Position numbers and translations under genes: made by a program. 64,000 nucleotides of DNA from Malacoraja senta (lineage: Eukaryota). The first letter of the stretch is position 1. Every line of letters begins with the position of its first letter. This document shows, in pieces, positions 1-12,344 of this stretch. Below the pieces are notes generated by a model that worked only from the letters and a program-made list of their open reading frames with translations, was not told the origin of the DNA and did no database searches. The stretch covers positions 23,004,001-23,068,000 of the forward strand of contig CM075988.1 of assembly GCA_038087875.1 (NCBI GenBank). The letters are read 5' to 3'.

Positions 1-864
1 GGGTGCAAATGTCAAATACCAGAGCAAAGAATTTCACTGTGACTTGTCACATGTGACAATGAAGTGTTCATGCATTCATTCCGAGGTCATTGGTTTCAGG
101 TGAGAGAGGGAAAGATTAAAGGAGACATGCGGGGCAAATTTTTACACAGAGAATGTGCTGTCAGGGTAAGTGCTGGAAGTGGATATGATGGCAATGTCTA
201 AAAAATATGTGAACTGACACAGGGACAGGCAGGGAATGGAGGGATGTGGACCATTTGCGGGTAGATGGGATGACTTCAGATTGGCACCATGATCAGTGCA
301 GACATGGTGGGCAGAAGGGAAGCAAATCCCAGGCCTTTTTTTTAATCATATTTGCTTGCCTTTGCTTTTTGCAGAATTTCCAACTTTGGTCAAATGAGAA
401 CTGTCTCGTTTAAAAGAATGAGGAGTTCAGAAGTGTTGCTGAGGTGAAAATTGATGCAGTGCAAGACTACCAGTTTGATGCCTTGCTCTATATTTTACAT
501 GGAAACATAGAAACATAGAAAATAGGTGCAGGAGGAAGCCATTCGGCCCTTCGATCAGCCCATTCATTGTGATCATGGCTGATCGTCCCCAATCAATTAC
601 CCGTGCCTGCCATATCCCTTGATTATTGATCAATTAGTTGAGGCAGGTTCGGTAATAACATTTAAAAGACACTTGGACAGGTACATGGATAGGGAAGGTT
701 TGGGGGGACATGTGTCAAATGCAGGCAAGTGGGACTAAATTAGTTGGGCCAAAGGGCTTGTTTCCATGTCCTATGACTCAATTAACTGCAAGAATGTGCC
801 ATTGATTGCATTATAATGTCTCATTATGTTTGCATAATAAACTTTTCATCTCCTTCCTCTTCAG

Positions 865-910
865 ACAGGAACCAACTCTTCTCAACCATCACCTTATGTC
901 CAAATGTCTG
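865..910 (+). CDS. POU2AF2: POU2AF2/OCA-T1 (C11orf53) short internal coding exon (equivalent of human exon 3)
   Basis: Pyrimidine tract plus AG (ctccttcctcttcag, ends 864) and donor GTAAGT at 911. The 46 nt read TGTNSSQPSPYVQMS-G, resembling human GSVSSSQSPFVQMP-G (recalled). The phase 1 end joins in frame to the exon at 1966. Confidence 0.85.
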
Positions 911-1965
911 GTAAGTGGAATTTTCTGCCAAATATTTGCAAAGTGCTAAAAAGGATGTAAGGATGTTTAGAATATGGTTTGGGGTCTTTCTTCTTGCTTC
1001 CCTCATGAGGTTGTCTTTACCGTTACACAAACTAACAATAACCATTCACAAAGTACAAGGCAGTGTTTAGTTTCGTTTTTAGTTTACAGCGCTGTATTTA
1101 GAGATACAGCGCAGAAACAGGCCCTTCGGCCCACCAAGTCCGCACTGACCAGTGATCCCTGCACATTAGCACTACCCTACACACACGAGGGACAATTTTA
1201 CAGTTACACCAATCCAATTAACCTACAAACCTGTACGTCGTTGGATAGTTCAGTTACCTGTAACAGCTTCAGTAACTTGGTCTCACCCTGACCCCCAGTG
1301 TGTGTGTGTGGAGTTTGCACGCTCTTCCTGCGACCATATGGGATTTCTTTGGGTGCTCCAGATTCCACCCACATTACAAGGATATGCAGGTCGGTAGGTT
1401 AATTGGCTTTTGTAAATTGCCCTCAGCGTGTAGAATGTAAACGTTGGATAACATAGAACTAGTGTGAATGGTTAATCGATGGTCGGAGTGGACTCGGTGG
1501 GCCGAAGGGCCTGTTTCCATGCTGTTTCTCGAAACTAAACTAAAACAGAATCTTGAATTCTCTACAATGCCTCAAACGAAATGTAGGAAAACAATGATAT
1601 TTGGAAATAATAATAATAATAATAATAATCATTTTATTTACTGGCGCCTTTCTAAAACCCAAGGACACCTTACAATGCATAGAATCACAACAAAACAAAA
1701 AAACACATAATCGGAATAAATTAAATATAAAAACACCACAGTACACAAATCAAGGACAGAATTCAATTTCAAGAGCACCAAAAGAAAATAAGAAACACAA
1801 TAAGAAATGGATTGAGTCCTTTGGTTCAATGATTTCTAAAGCCAATGATTGAATTCTATTACCAGTGATGGTCCCGTAAACTGCAGCATTGTGTGATGGT
1901 AATTAATGATGAGTTTCATCGCTGGTTGTAGTGAGTGCTAACACATTTCATATCTATTTGTATAG

Positions 1966-2273
1966 GTGCCCATGTTATACCCAGCTACTATGGTGTAAGA
2001 AGACCGTATCTATCAGATTCTGACTTGCCTCATTGTCACTCATCGAAGCAGTACTCAGCGGACGTGTACTCACCTTCAATGGGCAGCAAGTCCTTTGGAT
2101 GTGACGCACCGGCAGTATCTGGTTACCCACACCTCTTCGACCCCTACATTGCGGAAACGTTCGGAGATTACCGAGCGCCAACGTTCCCATCCGGAGCAAG
2201 TTCCATTTTCACGCCTCAGCCTCTGACACCCCTCATTCCTCCGTATCCCAATGAGGCATCCCATTTCCTGTTG
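1966..2273 (+). CDS. POU2AF2: POU2AF2/OCA-T1 penultimate coding exon
   Basis: Acceptor tatttgtatag|GT and donor TTG|gtacgt. Encodes (G)AHVIPSYYGVRRPYLSDSD...FGDYRAP...PYPNEASHFLL, matching recalled human C11orf53 GYYGVRRSFLSDSD...YGDYRPP...PFPGDPAHFLF. Confidence 0.93.
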
Positions 2274-3557
2274 GTACGTAATTACCCACCTTGCCTCTTG
2301 TTTGCGGCTAAGTAAGCGAAATGGGTAGGAAGGAACTGCAGATGCTGGTTTACACCGAAGATAGACACCAAATGCTGGAGTAACTCAGCGGGACAGGCAG
2401 CATCTCTGGAGAGAAGGAATAGGTGGCGTTTCGGGTCGAGACCCTTCTTCAGACTGAGTTAATCCAGCATTTTGTGTCTATCTTCGGTCCTAGTAAGCAC
2501 CTACTTTGACCAAAGGCTTTGGAATTTGTGCTTGAACTGAGTGTGAAATCTTGTAGAAGAATTCAAACCCGGGACTGCTGAGGCACGCTGTACATTTTAA
2601 TGTCACCAGGGAATGTGGAGCTCAGCTTTGGTAGACTTCCTTACCAGATATTAGCCATGATTGAATGGCAGAGTAGACCCGATGGGCCGAATGGCCAAAT
2701 CCTGATGCCATGACACTTGAGCATAGAATTATGGTAAACAAATAGAACCAGGTTTTTTAATGCTCAATGCCTCAATGTCTAGGCCAAGTTGACACAGACG
2801 ATGACACTTGTGCTGGCAGCTACAGCTGTTTGGAAAATGATAACACAGAGTCGTAGAGAGATACAAGAATGAAACAGGCCCTTCGGCCCACTGAGCCTGT
2901 GCCGGCCATCCACCACCCATTTACACTAATCATACATTCTCATCACCTCCCCCTGATCTACACTAGGGGCAATTTACAGAGGCCACTTAACTTACCAACC
3001 AACATGTGGGGTGATACTGGAGCACCCAAATGAAACCAATATGGTCACAAAGGGAACATGCAAACTCCACATAGACAGAAACCGAGGTCAGGATTGAACC
3101 TGGGTCTCTGTTGCTCAGAGGCAGTGGCTATACTAGCTGTGCCATTGTGCTGACCTGTCGACTATATATCTAGAATGCCATTAGAGGCCATTCAGTCTAA
3201 GGTTATTTGTTGAATTGTTGAAATGTAAAATAATAATAATAATAATAATAATAGATTTATATTTATATAGTCATGATAAACTCACCACAACACTGGAGGA
3301 GATGATTTGGCCCATCAACACTATTCGTATGGAGCAATCTCGGCAGTCCCATTCTCCCTCCGTGTGTGTCTCTTGGTTGACATTGGCCCTGGCCCCATCA
3401 CCCTTTACTGACCACCTTTACATTCCAGATCACAACCAAATACTGGCTTAAAATAAACATCTTTCTTCACACCCCTCCCAGTATCTTTTCACCTTCACTT
3501 CGCATCTGAATCCCTGGATCACAGTTTAATATTTTATTTTATTTTAAGGCAAGTGGG

Positions 3558-3850
3558 GCGGCACGGTGGCGCAGCGGTAGAGTTGCTGCCTTACAGCGCC
3601 AGAGACCCGGGTTCGGTCCTGACTACGGGTGCTGTCTGTGCGGAGTTTGTACGTTCTCCCCGTGACCGCATGGGATTTCACCGGGTGCTTCGGTTTCCTC
3701 CCACACTCCAAAGACGTACAGGTTTGTAGGTTAATTGGCTTTAGTAAAATTTGTATATTGCCCCAAGTGTGTAGGATAGTGTTAGTGCACGGGGCGATCG
3801 CTGGTCGACATGGACTCCGTGGGCCGAAATAACCTGATTTTGTGCTGTAT
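3558..3850 (+). mobile_element. tRNA-derived V-SINE (HE1-like)
   Basis: Pol III A-box (TGGCGCAGCGG) and B-box (GGTTCGGTCC), plus the V-domain core GGAGTTTGTACGTTCTCCCCGTGACC...GGTTTCCTCCCACACTCCAAAGAC. Confidence 0.85.
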
Positions 3851-4499
3851 AGGGCCTGTCCCACTTAGCAATTTTTTCGGCCACTGTCAGCATCATTGAC
3901 TGACGTATCAGGTCACCGATAAAATCGCGGCGTGACGTGGCTTTTTTGTTTTTGTTTTTTGTTTTTTGCCTTATGACCTAATTTATAAAAATGAAAAAAA
4001 GGAAAGAAAGAGAAAGCAAGAAAGGAAAGAAGTAAAAAGTGAAAAGATAGAGTAAAGGAGAACAAGAGAGTACCCTAAACTACCAAAGAGGTGCAGCAGA
4101 AAGATAGAAGAATTTAAAAAAAGAAAAATGGAGATATACCTTGCCCCTCGACCCCCCCCCCCCCCCCCGCCTCACCCAACATAGCATCGGATTTTAATTT
4201 AAATTTGGGTTTCACCATACTATTGTTGTAAAAATTCAGTAAAGGGTGTCCATGTCTTAAGAAATTGGTCTGTTTTTTCCGCCAAGACAAGCCTAATGTT
4301 TTCCAATTGTAGTGTCTCGGACATATCTGTGATCCAGACGTGGCGCGGTGACGTATTGACGCACGGTGCTTCCTCAAGTGTCGCAACATTTTTTTTGTTG
4401 CCGATGGATTTTTAAATGTTCAAATTCTTTCGGCGACCCTGATATGTCAGTCAATGACGCCGGCAATAGCCAAAGAAATCGCCAAGTGGGACAGGCCCT
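3851..4499. mobile_element. Non-autonomous DNA transposon (MITE, PIF/Harbinger-like) interrupted by an L1 fragment
   Basis: TIRs AGGGCCTGTCCCACTT and AAGTGGGACAGGCCCT, with a 3-bp TAT duplication. Inserted in the 3' end of a SINE. Confidence 0.7.
3942..4336 (-). mobile_element. L1/Tx1-type LINE 3' fragment
   Basis: Minus strand reads LQLENIRLVLAEKTDQFLKTWTPFTEFLQQ*, like a fish L1 ORF2 C-terminus, followed by an A-rich tail. 8-bp TSD GACGTGGC (3934-41 and 4337-44). Confidence 0.7.
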
Positions 4500-4530
4500 T
4501 ATCCCTAACGTTGAGTAAAGTAATAAATGT

Positions 4531-4996
4531 AAGGTAGACACAAAATGCTGGAGTAACTCAGCGGGACAGGCAGCATCTCTGGAGAGAAGGAATGACACGA
4601 GTCAATAAGCTAAACTAAGCTAAACTGTGAGGGAGTTGCATTACAAGTTTTGGCCTTCATTCGAGGCCAGATATTGTTGCCTTTCAATGAAATTCTCCAA
4701 CAGAGAACACCTCTCTCGCTGCGAGACTATGCAGAACATAGAACAGTCCAATCTCTCCAGATTCCTTCTATCCAGAAATGCTGCCTGTCCTGCTGAGTTA
4801 CTCCAGCATTTTGTGCCTACCATAGAACAGTACAACTGGATAGAAGGAATGGGTGAGGTTTCAGTCCGAAGAAAGGACTCGACCCGAAACGTCACCCATT
4901 CCTTCTCTCCAGAGATGCTGCCTGTCCCGTTGAGTTACCCCAGCACTTTGTGTCTATCTGCGGTATAAAACCAGCATCTGCAGTTCCTTCCTGCAC
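4531..4996. mobile_element. Composite Penelope-derived insertion
   Basis: Several arms of the same family with intervening sequence. 14-bp TSD AAAGTAATAAATGT (4517-30 and 4997-5010). Confidence 0.65.
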
Positions 4997-6749
4997 AAAG
5001 TAATAAATGTGATTGGTGATCTTAATGCAAGATTAGAAGCTGGTTAGTGGGTTTTGTATCGAGATAGCTGGCATTGAAGCAAAAAAAAAAAAAATCAGTA
5101 TTCCTGGAATCTGAAATCTGAAGGTTTTGCTGCCTTCCAAACAGACATAATCCCACTGGAGAAAATTCCTCCGACCTGCAACTGAATAGCAGCCAGAAAC
5201 TCAGAGCCATTAGTTAATCTGGTTTAATAGGATTAATCCTGAGGGAGGTGAACGATGAAAATACTGTCGAGAAGCGTGATGGTGATCCATTTATGCCAAG
5301 CAGAAACATAATGCAGAAGCCATAATCATTTTTTGAGAATGTTGGGGCTGTAAATCTGCAAATTTCTGCTCTAATGTCTTGTTGAATATAAATTCTGCAA
5401 CAGAATAGACTGCACTGTGCCAGCAGTAATTGAAGTGCTGAAGAAACGTTAATGGCTCCAGGCAATATCATGAAGTGTTTTTAGATATACAGCACATCCT
5501 TCAATCTATTTTAGATACTTAGAAACATTAACATTTTTGGCAGGTGGATCAGGTCTGACGAGATTGGTAAATACAGTTTATAAGCTTTACTTTGTACCTG
5601 TGTGTCCAAGTCACTCGTAGAGAGCTACACACCTGTTTAACGTAGTGCAGTGGCTGGGATATTCAAATACCTACCTGTAAAATTTATTAATTGTCAAGAA
5701 CATCAGGCACATCCTGCCCTAAGTCATCAGGTAGCCAATTATAAAAATTCTCTCATTGCCGAGTTCAGAAACCACATCAAGGGAATAATTGAGCCTTGAT
5801 AATTAACAGTTGAAGACATTAAAGTTTTACAGTTACATCGAATTTACAGGACAAAAACATCCCATTTATCTGGCTGTGGATAAACCTCCCCTTCACTGAA
5901 CTCTATTGCTTAAAGACACAGGGACAGGTTGAGTAGACTGGGACTCTTTTCCTTGGAGCGCAGGAGGATGAGCGGTGATCTTATAGAAGTGTATAAAATC
6001 ATGAGAGGAAGAGATCGGATAGATGCACGGAGTCTCTGGTCCAGAGTAGGTGAATTGAGGACCAGAGGACATAGGTTTAAGGTGAAGGGGAAAAGATTGA
6101 ATAGGAATCTGAGGGGTAACTTTTTCACACAAAGGGTGGTGGATGTATGGAACAAGCTGCCACAGTAGTTGGTAGCGGTTGGGACCATCCCAACATTTAC
6201 GAAACAGTTAGACAGGTACATGGAACGGACAGGTTTGGAGGGTTATGGACCAAACGCGGGCAGGTGGGACATGTTAGCCGGTGTGGGCAAGTTGGGCCGA
6301 AGGGCCTGATTCCATGCTGTATCACTCTATGACTCTATGACACACTGAACTGCAGATGTTGGAATCTTGCGTGGAACACAGAGTGCTGGAATAACTCAAC
6401 ACGGCAGGCAGCATCTCCGGAGAACGTGGATAGGCGACATTTTGGTCACAACAGCACACTGGCCTCAGTGTGGTACAGTGGTAGAGTTGCTGTCTTACAG
6501 CGCCAGAGACCCGGGTTCGATCCTGACTATGTACAGAGTTTGTCTATGACGGCATGGGGTTTCACTGGATGCTCAGGTTTCCTCCCACATTCCAAAGACG
6601 TGCAGGTTTGTAGGTTAATTGGCTTGGGTAAATCGCCCCTAGCGTTATAGGATAGAACTAGTGTCTGGGTGGTCGATGTTGGTCGGCACAGACTCAGTGG
6701 GCCAAAGACCTGTTTCTCTAAAAAACCAAAACTTAAACAAAAAACTATA

Positions 6750-7032
6750 AAGCATTCTCACTCTCACTATTGAGTCAGAAGATTGTGGGTTCAAATCCCA
6801 CTCTGGAAACATAAGCACTGTAGCGTTGGCAGTACTGTCTTCTGGATGAAACATTGTACATTGGACCTGTCTATTGTTTCCCACAGACAACAATGTGCGG
6901 CGCAGATCAAGTAGAAGATCCCTTGCCACTATTTAAAAGTTAGATCGATAGTCTTAGTATCCTGGCCACCATTTTGCATTTTAACCAGTGTTATTAAAAT
7001 AGATCTTGATCATATCGCTGTTTGTGGGAGAC
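6750..7032 (+). mobile_element. Ancient DeuSINE-type (SacSINE1/AmnSINE-like) remnant in the last POU2AF2 intron
   Basis: GAGTCAGAAGATTGTGGGTTCAAATCCCACTC...GAAGATCCCTTGCCACTATTT...TCCTGGCCA...GCTGTTTGTGGGAG matches the recalled Deu-domain consensus. Confidence 0.55.
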
Positions 7033-7249
7033 ACTATTCATGAACATAGCACAGTCAAAGCCCTTTTTCCCAACTTGTCCTCGTCAACCAAATTGCCTCA
7101 GTGAGAATGTGCCACTTGCCTGCATCTGGGCCATATCTCTCTTAACCTTTCCTATCCACATACCCAGGATGGCGGGACTGTCATATGTTGAACGAATGGA
7201 GCGACTGGGCTTGTATACTCTGGAATTTAGAAGGATGAGAGGGGATCTT

Positions 7250-9036
7250 CAAGTCAAGAGAGTTTATTGTCATGTGTCCCAGATAGGACAATGAAATTCT
7301 TGCTTTGCTGCAGCACAACAGAATATTGTAGGTATAAATACAGATCAGATCAGTGTGTCCATATACCATAGAATGTATATATACACAAATAAATAAACAG
7401 ATAAAGTGCAATAGGTTGTTACAGTTCAGAGTTTGTTTGAAGTTGTGTTTAATAGTCTCATGGCTGTTGGGAAGACGCTGTTCCTGAACCTGGATGTTGC
7501 AGATTTCAGGCTCCTCTACCTTCTACCTGATGGCAGTGGAGAGATGAGTGTGTGGCCAGGATGGTGTGGGTCCTTGATGATGCTGGCATCCTTTTTGAGG
7601 CAGCGACTGCGATAGATCCCCTCGATGGTAGGGAGGTCAGAGCCGATGATGGACTGGGCAGTGTTTACAACTTTTTGCAGCCTGTTCCGCTCCTAGACGC
7701 TCAGGTTCCCGTACCAAGCCATGATGCAACCGGTCAGCATGCTCTCTACTGTGCACCTGTAGAAGTTTGAGAAAGTCCTCCTTGACAAACCGACTCTCCG
7801 TAATCTTCTCAGGAAGTAGAGGCGCTGATGTGCTTTCTTTATGATGGCATCAGTGTTCTGGGACCAGGAGAGGTCTTCGGAAATATGCACGCCCAGGAAT
7901 TTGAAGTTCTTGACCCTTTCCACCATAAACGGGACTGTGGGTTCCCATCCTACCCCTTCCGAAGTCCACAATCAGTTCCTTGGTTTTGCTGGAGTTGAGA
8001 GCCAGGTTATTGTGCTGGCACCATCTGGTCAATCGGTCGATCTCACTTCTATACTCTGACTCGTCCCCATCAGTGATACGTCCCACAACAGTGGTGTCGT
8101 CGGCGAACTTGATGATGGCGTTCGCACTATGTCCAGCTACGCAGTCATGAGTATGGAGTGAGTACAGCAGGGGTCTGAGCACGCAGCCTTGAGGTGCTCC
8201 CGTGCTGATTGTTATCGAGGATGACACATTTCCACCAATACGGACAGACTGTGGTCTGAGAGTGAGGAAGTCGAGGATCCAATTGCAGAGGGATACGCAG
8301 AGACCCAGATCTGAGAGTTTGGTAACTAGCTTGGAGGGGATGATTGTATTAAATGCCAAGCTGTAGTCAATGAATAACAGCCTGACATATGAGTTTTTGT
8401 TGTCCAAGTGGTCCAGAGCGGAGTGGAGAGCCAGTGAGTTCGCATCCACCGTTGATCTGTTGTGGCGGTAAGCGAACTGCAGTGGGTCGAGGTTCTTGTC
8501 GAGGTAGGAGTTGATTTGCGCCATAATCGACCTCTCAAAGCACTTCATCACCACAGACGTTAGTGCCACGGGTCGATAGTCATTGAGGCACGTCACCTTG
8601 CTCTTCTTGGGCACCGGTATTATTGATGCCCTTTTAAGGCAGGTGGGAACCTCAGACCTCAGAAGTGAGAGGTTGAAAATGTCCGTAAGAACTCCAGCCA
8701 GTTGATCCGCACAGGTTTTTAAAACACGCCCGGGTATGCCATCAGGTCCAGGCGCTTTCCGAGGGTTCACCCCCCTGAAGGATCTTCTGACATCGACCTC
8801 TGTGACTGTGACCGAAATACCATCACGGCGAATGGGGGCTCAGGAAGACACATCAGTGTTCTCTCTATCAAAGCGTGCGTAAAACGCATTGACTCGTCAG
8901 GGAGTGATGCTTCGCTGACATTTGAGCTGCCTCCTGATTTCGCCTTATAGGAGGTGATTGCATTCAAGCCCTGCCGCAGTTGCCGAACAACCGTCTCATC
9001 CTCCAGCTTGGAGCAGAAGTCCCTTTTGGCCTTACC
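7250..9036 (-). mobile_element. 5'-truncated Rex1/Babar-type non-LTR retrotransposon (RT pseudogene) inserted in a CR1 fragment
   Basis: ORF 7850-8770 has RT motifs ([33 protein letters not shown]) and continues in a shifted frame (KFLGVHI...RLYFLRRL). 3' tail lies at about 7250. ATCTT is duplicated at 7245-49 and 9037-41. Confidence 0.88.
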
Positions 9037-9929
9037 ATCTTATTGAAACATATACGATTATTAAGGGCTTGGACACGCTAGAGGCAGGAAACATGTTCCC
9101 GATGTTGGGGGAGTCCAGAACCAGGGGCCACAGTTTAAGAATAACGGGTAAGCCATTTAGAACGGAGACGAGGAAAAACATTTTCACCCAGAGAGTTGTG
9201 AATCTGTGGAATAGATTTTGTTGGTTAGGCTTCTGTAGTTTGCCCCTAGTGTGTACGATGCAAAAGTGGGATGACATAGAAGTGAGTGATCCATGATTGG
9301 TATGGACGTGGTGGGCTGAAGTAAGTTTATTGGCCAAGTATTCACATACAAGGAATTTGCCTTGGTGCTCCGCCCACAAGGGCCTGTTTCTACGCTGTGT
9401 CCCTAAATAAATTTAATTTATTTTTTAAAAAGCTACGTTTCAGGTCAGGACCTTTCAACAGAGAAGAGTCCCTACCCGAAATTATCCATGTTCTTCAGGG
9501 TTGCTGCCCGATCTGCTGAGTTACTCCAGCACTCTGTTCATTTCACTTGTAAACCAGCATCTGCAGTCCCTCGTGCCTAACCCATACTAATCCCATTTTC
9601 CAGCAGTTGGTCCATAGCCTTCTGCTCCTCGGTGATTCAAATGTTCTTGCAGATGCCTCTTAAACAATGTGATGTTCTCAAATGTTGAAACGTTTCGTAA
9701 TGCCACAGAGGGCTGTGGAGGCCGAGACGATGGATATTATGAAGGCAGAGAGATGGATTCTTGATTAGTACGGGTGTCAGGGGTTGCGGGGAGAAGGCAG
9801 GAGAATGGGGTTGAGAGGGAAAGAAAGATCAGCCATGATTGAATGGCGGAGTAGATGATGGGCCGAATGGCCTGATTCTGCTCCGATCACTTATGAACCT
9901 TATGAATGTACTCTTGATTTGTTCTACAG

Positions 9930-10367
9930 AGAGATTCGTGGGAAAGTGTGCAAGAAAACGGCAGCCAGAGTGAGACGATCTGTGATACCCTCCAGCAGAT
10001 GCAGACGTCACCGACTGATTGTCCATCGCAACACCACGGCAACCACACCCTGCCTGACACTGACTCTGCCTCTCCAGCCCAGTACAAGAGCACTGCCCGC
10101 AACAGCAACGGGCCCGGCCCCAGTTCCCAGCCCTACTCTCTGTACCCGCTGGACGAGATGCACTTCGGCCCTGGTTATCCATCCACCTCGGCTTACGGCT
10201 GCACCCCCTTCATGACTGTAGCCTCCGAGCTGGCGGCCAAGTCCCTCCATCTCACGTCCGAAGATTCGTCCGACACCCCCGCCCCGTCCATGCTTGACAT
10301 GTTGCCCTGGGCCAAAGAAGAAGCCGGCACCAGCTGGCCTTTGTATGAAGTCAGGCGGACCTACTGA
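9930..10367 (+). CDS. POU2AF2: POU2AF2/OCA-T1 last coding exon
   Basis: Acceptor gttctacag|AGA in phase 0. Reads RDSWESVQ...QPYSLYPLDEMH...TPFMTVASEL...PWAKEEAGTSWPLYEVRRTY*, versus recalled human RDSWEQTL...QSYSLHALEDLH...TPFMTVSNDL...PWVKEDGSIAWGSYECRRAY*. Confidence 0.93.
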   Translation, partial: RDSWESVQENGSQSETICDTLQQMQTSPTDCPSQHHGNHTLPDTDSASPAQYKSTARNSNGPGPSSQPYSLYPLDEMHFGPGYPSTSAYGCTPFMTVASELAAKSLHLTSEDSSDTPAPSMLDMLPWAKEEAGTSWPLYEVRRTY

Positions 10368-11539
10368 GGAGTCTTGGTTGCCCGCACAATTGTAAAGCTA
10401 GTTAGATGAAGGGCTGGAGATGTCTACGTCAAGTTGTAGTGGGCTTTCTGTCAGGGAGAAATAATTAAAATACAAATACACTTTTAATCTTGCATTAGGA
10501 AAGGACTTGTGATTGTTGGACAACAGTGTTGCACAAATCTGGTGCAGCCATAGAATATGAAGTAAATAGTTAAATCAGACCAGCAGACGTGGCGTAAACT
10601 CATTTCAATGTTATGGGCCTTTCATGGAGTGAAGTAAGTGAAGACAGACAGGTAAGTGAGCCAGGCTTGGGACAATATTTTACGCAGGGACATTAGAGAT
10701 TCAAGATTCAAAAGAGTTTATTGTCATGTGTCCCAGATAGGACAATGAAATTCTTGCTTTGCTTCAGCACAACAGAATATAGCAGGCATAAATAAATACA
10801 GATCCTAGAGGCTGAGAAGATGGTGGTCCTCAAGGGGGGGGGGGATAGAACTGGGGGTTTTGCGGCTATAATCTCAGGTTAAAGGGCCACTCATTACGGA
10901 CAGGAGTCAATAGGCAATAGACAATAGGTGCAGTAGGCCATTTTGCCCTTCGAGCCAGCACCGCCATTCAATATGATCATGGCTGATCATCCCCAATCAG
11001 TACCCCGTTCCTGCCTTCTCCCCATATCCCCTGACTCCGCTATTTTTAAGAGCCCTATCTAGCTCTCTCTTCAAAGCATCCAGAGAACCTGCCTCCACCG
11101 CACTCTGAAGCAGAGAATTCCACAGACTCACAACGCTCTGTGAGAAAAAGTGTTTCCTCGTCTCCGTTCTAAATGGCTTACTCCTTATTCTTAAACAGTG
11201 GCCCCTGTTTCCTGCCTCTAGTGTGTCCAAGCCCTTAACAATCTTATATGTTTCAAAGAGTCAGAAGATATTCCTTCTCTCAACAGGATCATGAATCTTT
11301 GGAATTGTTAATACAAGTGAGATGGGAAAACTCTCTGGGGTCGATATATATATATATATATTGAATATATTCTCTCCAGTAGATGTGTTCAAGACTGGGA
11401 TAGAATGAAATGTAAATCGAGGCTTATGGGGCAAAGTTAGGATAGAGTTGAGGCCAAGGTCAGGTCAGCCATAATCTTACTAGACTGTGGAGAAAGGGCG
11501 TAGGCCACAGAGCTAACTTCTACTCATATTTCCTGGGTA

Positions 11540-11850
11540 TTTAGTTTAGTTTAGAGATACAGTGCGGAATCAGGCCCTTCGGCCCATCGAGTCTGCACCA
11601 TCCAGCGATTCCCGCACATTAACACTATCCTACACACACTGGGGACAATTTACATCCAGCCCAAGCCAATTAACCTACAAACCTGTACATCTTTGGAGTG
11701 TGGGAGGAAAACAAAGATCTCAGAGAAAACCCTCGCAGGTCACGGGGAGAACGTACAAACTCCGTACAGACAAGCATCGGTAGTCGGGATCGCACCCGCG
11801 TCTCTGGTGCTGTAAGGCAGCAACTCTACTGCTGCGCCACTGTGCCGCCC
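11540..11850 (-). mobile_element. V-SINE (HE1-like), full length
   Basis: Reverse complement of the same SINE, with a (CTAAA)n tail. Confidence 0.85.
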
Positions 11851-12344
11851 ACATTTTGTTAACCCTGTGGGACATACTTCCGACACTCAGCCGGTAGATA
11901 ACTCAGTGTCATCATTCTCCAAGTCCAACATCTTATGCTCAACCATGAAGTATGAAGTGAAGGCAATGTGTTGAACATTTCCATGCTAACTAACATCACC
12001 TTTCCCAATGGAATCAGAATCTTCCCAACCACCTGTTATCTGACAATAATCTTTATTTTTTAATTTCCTGCATTTGGGCATTATTGGCAAGGGTAACATT
12101 TCTTATCCATCCCAAATTAGCCTTGAGAAGGGTGTTGATGAGCCTACACTTAATTGCTAAACCCATACATACCTTCTGCACATCCCAAGGGGAGGACACC
12201 CTTACAGAAGCCATTTTCTAGATGTGAAATCTCTCATGTAATAGTAATCTTCAGAAATAGTAATCTTCAGAAATATTTATAGTTATGGTTAGCTTCGAAA
12301 GTTGGCTAAGCTGGCAGTGTGACTGAAATAAAAATCTTCATAAC

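Noticed and set aside
3558..3630. tRNA gene
   Set aside because: It is the tRNA-like head of a multi-copy SINE and continues into the V-domain core.
7850..8770. 306-aa reverse transcriptase ORF as a host gene or novel RT system
   Set aside because: It is a truncated, frameshifted Rex1/Babar LINE fragment with a 3' tail and TSD.
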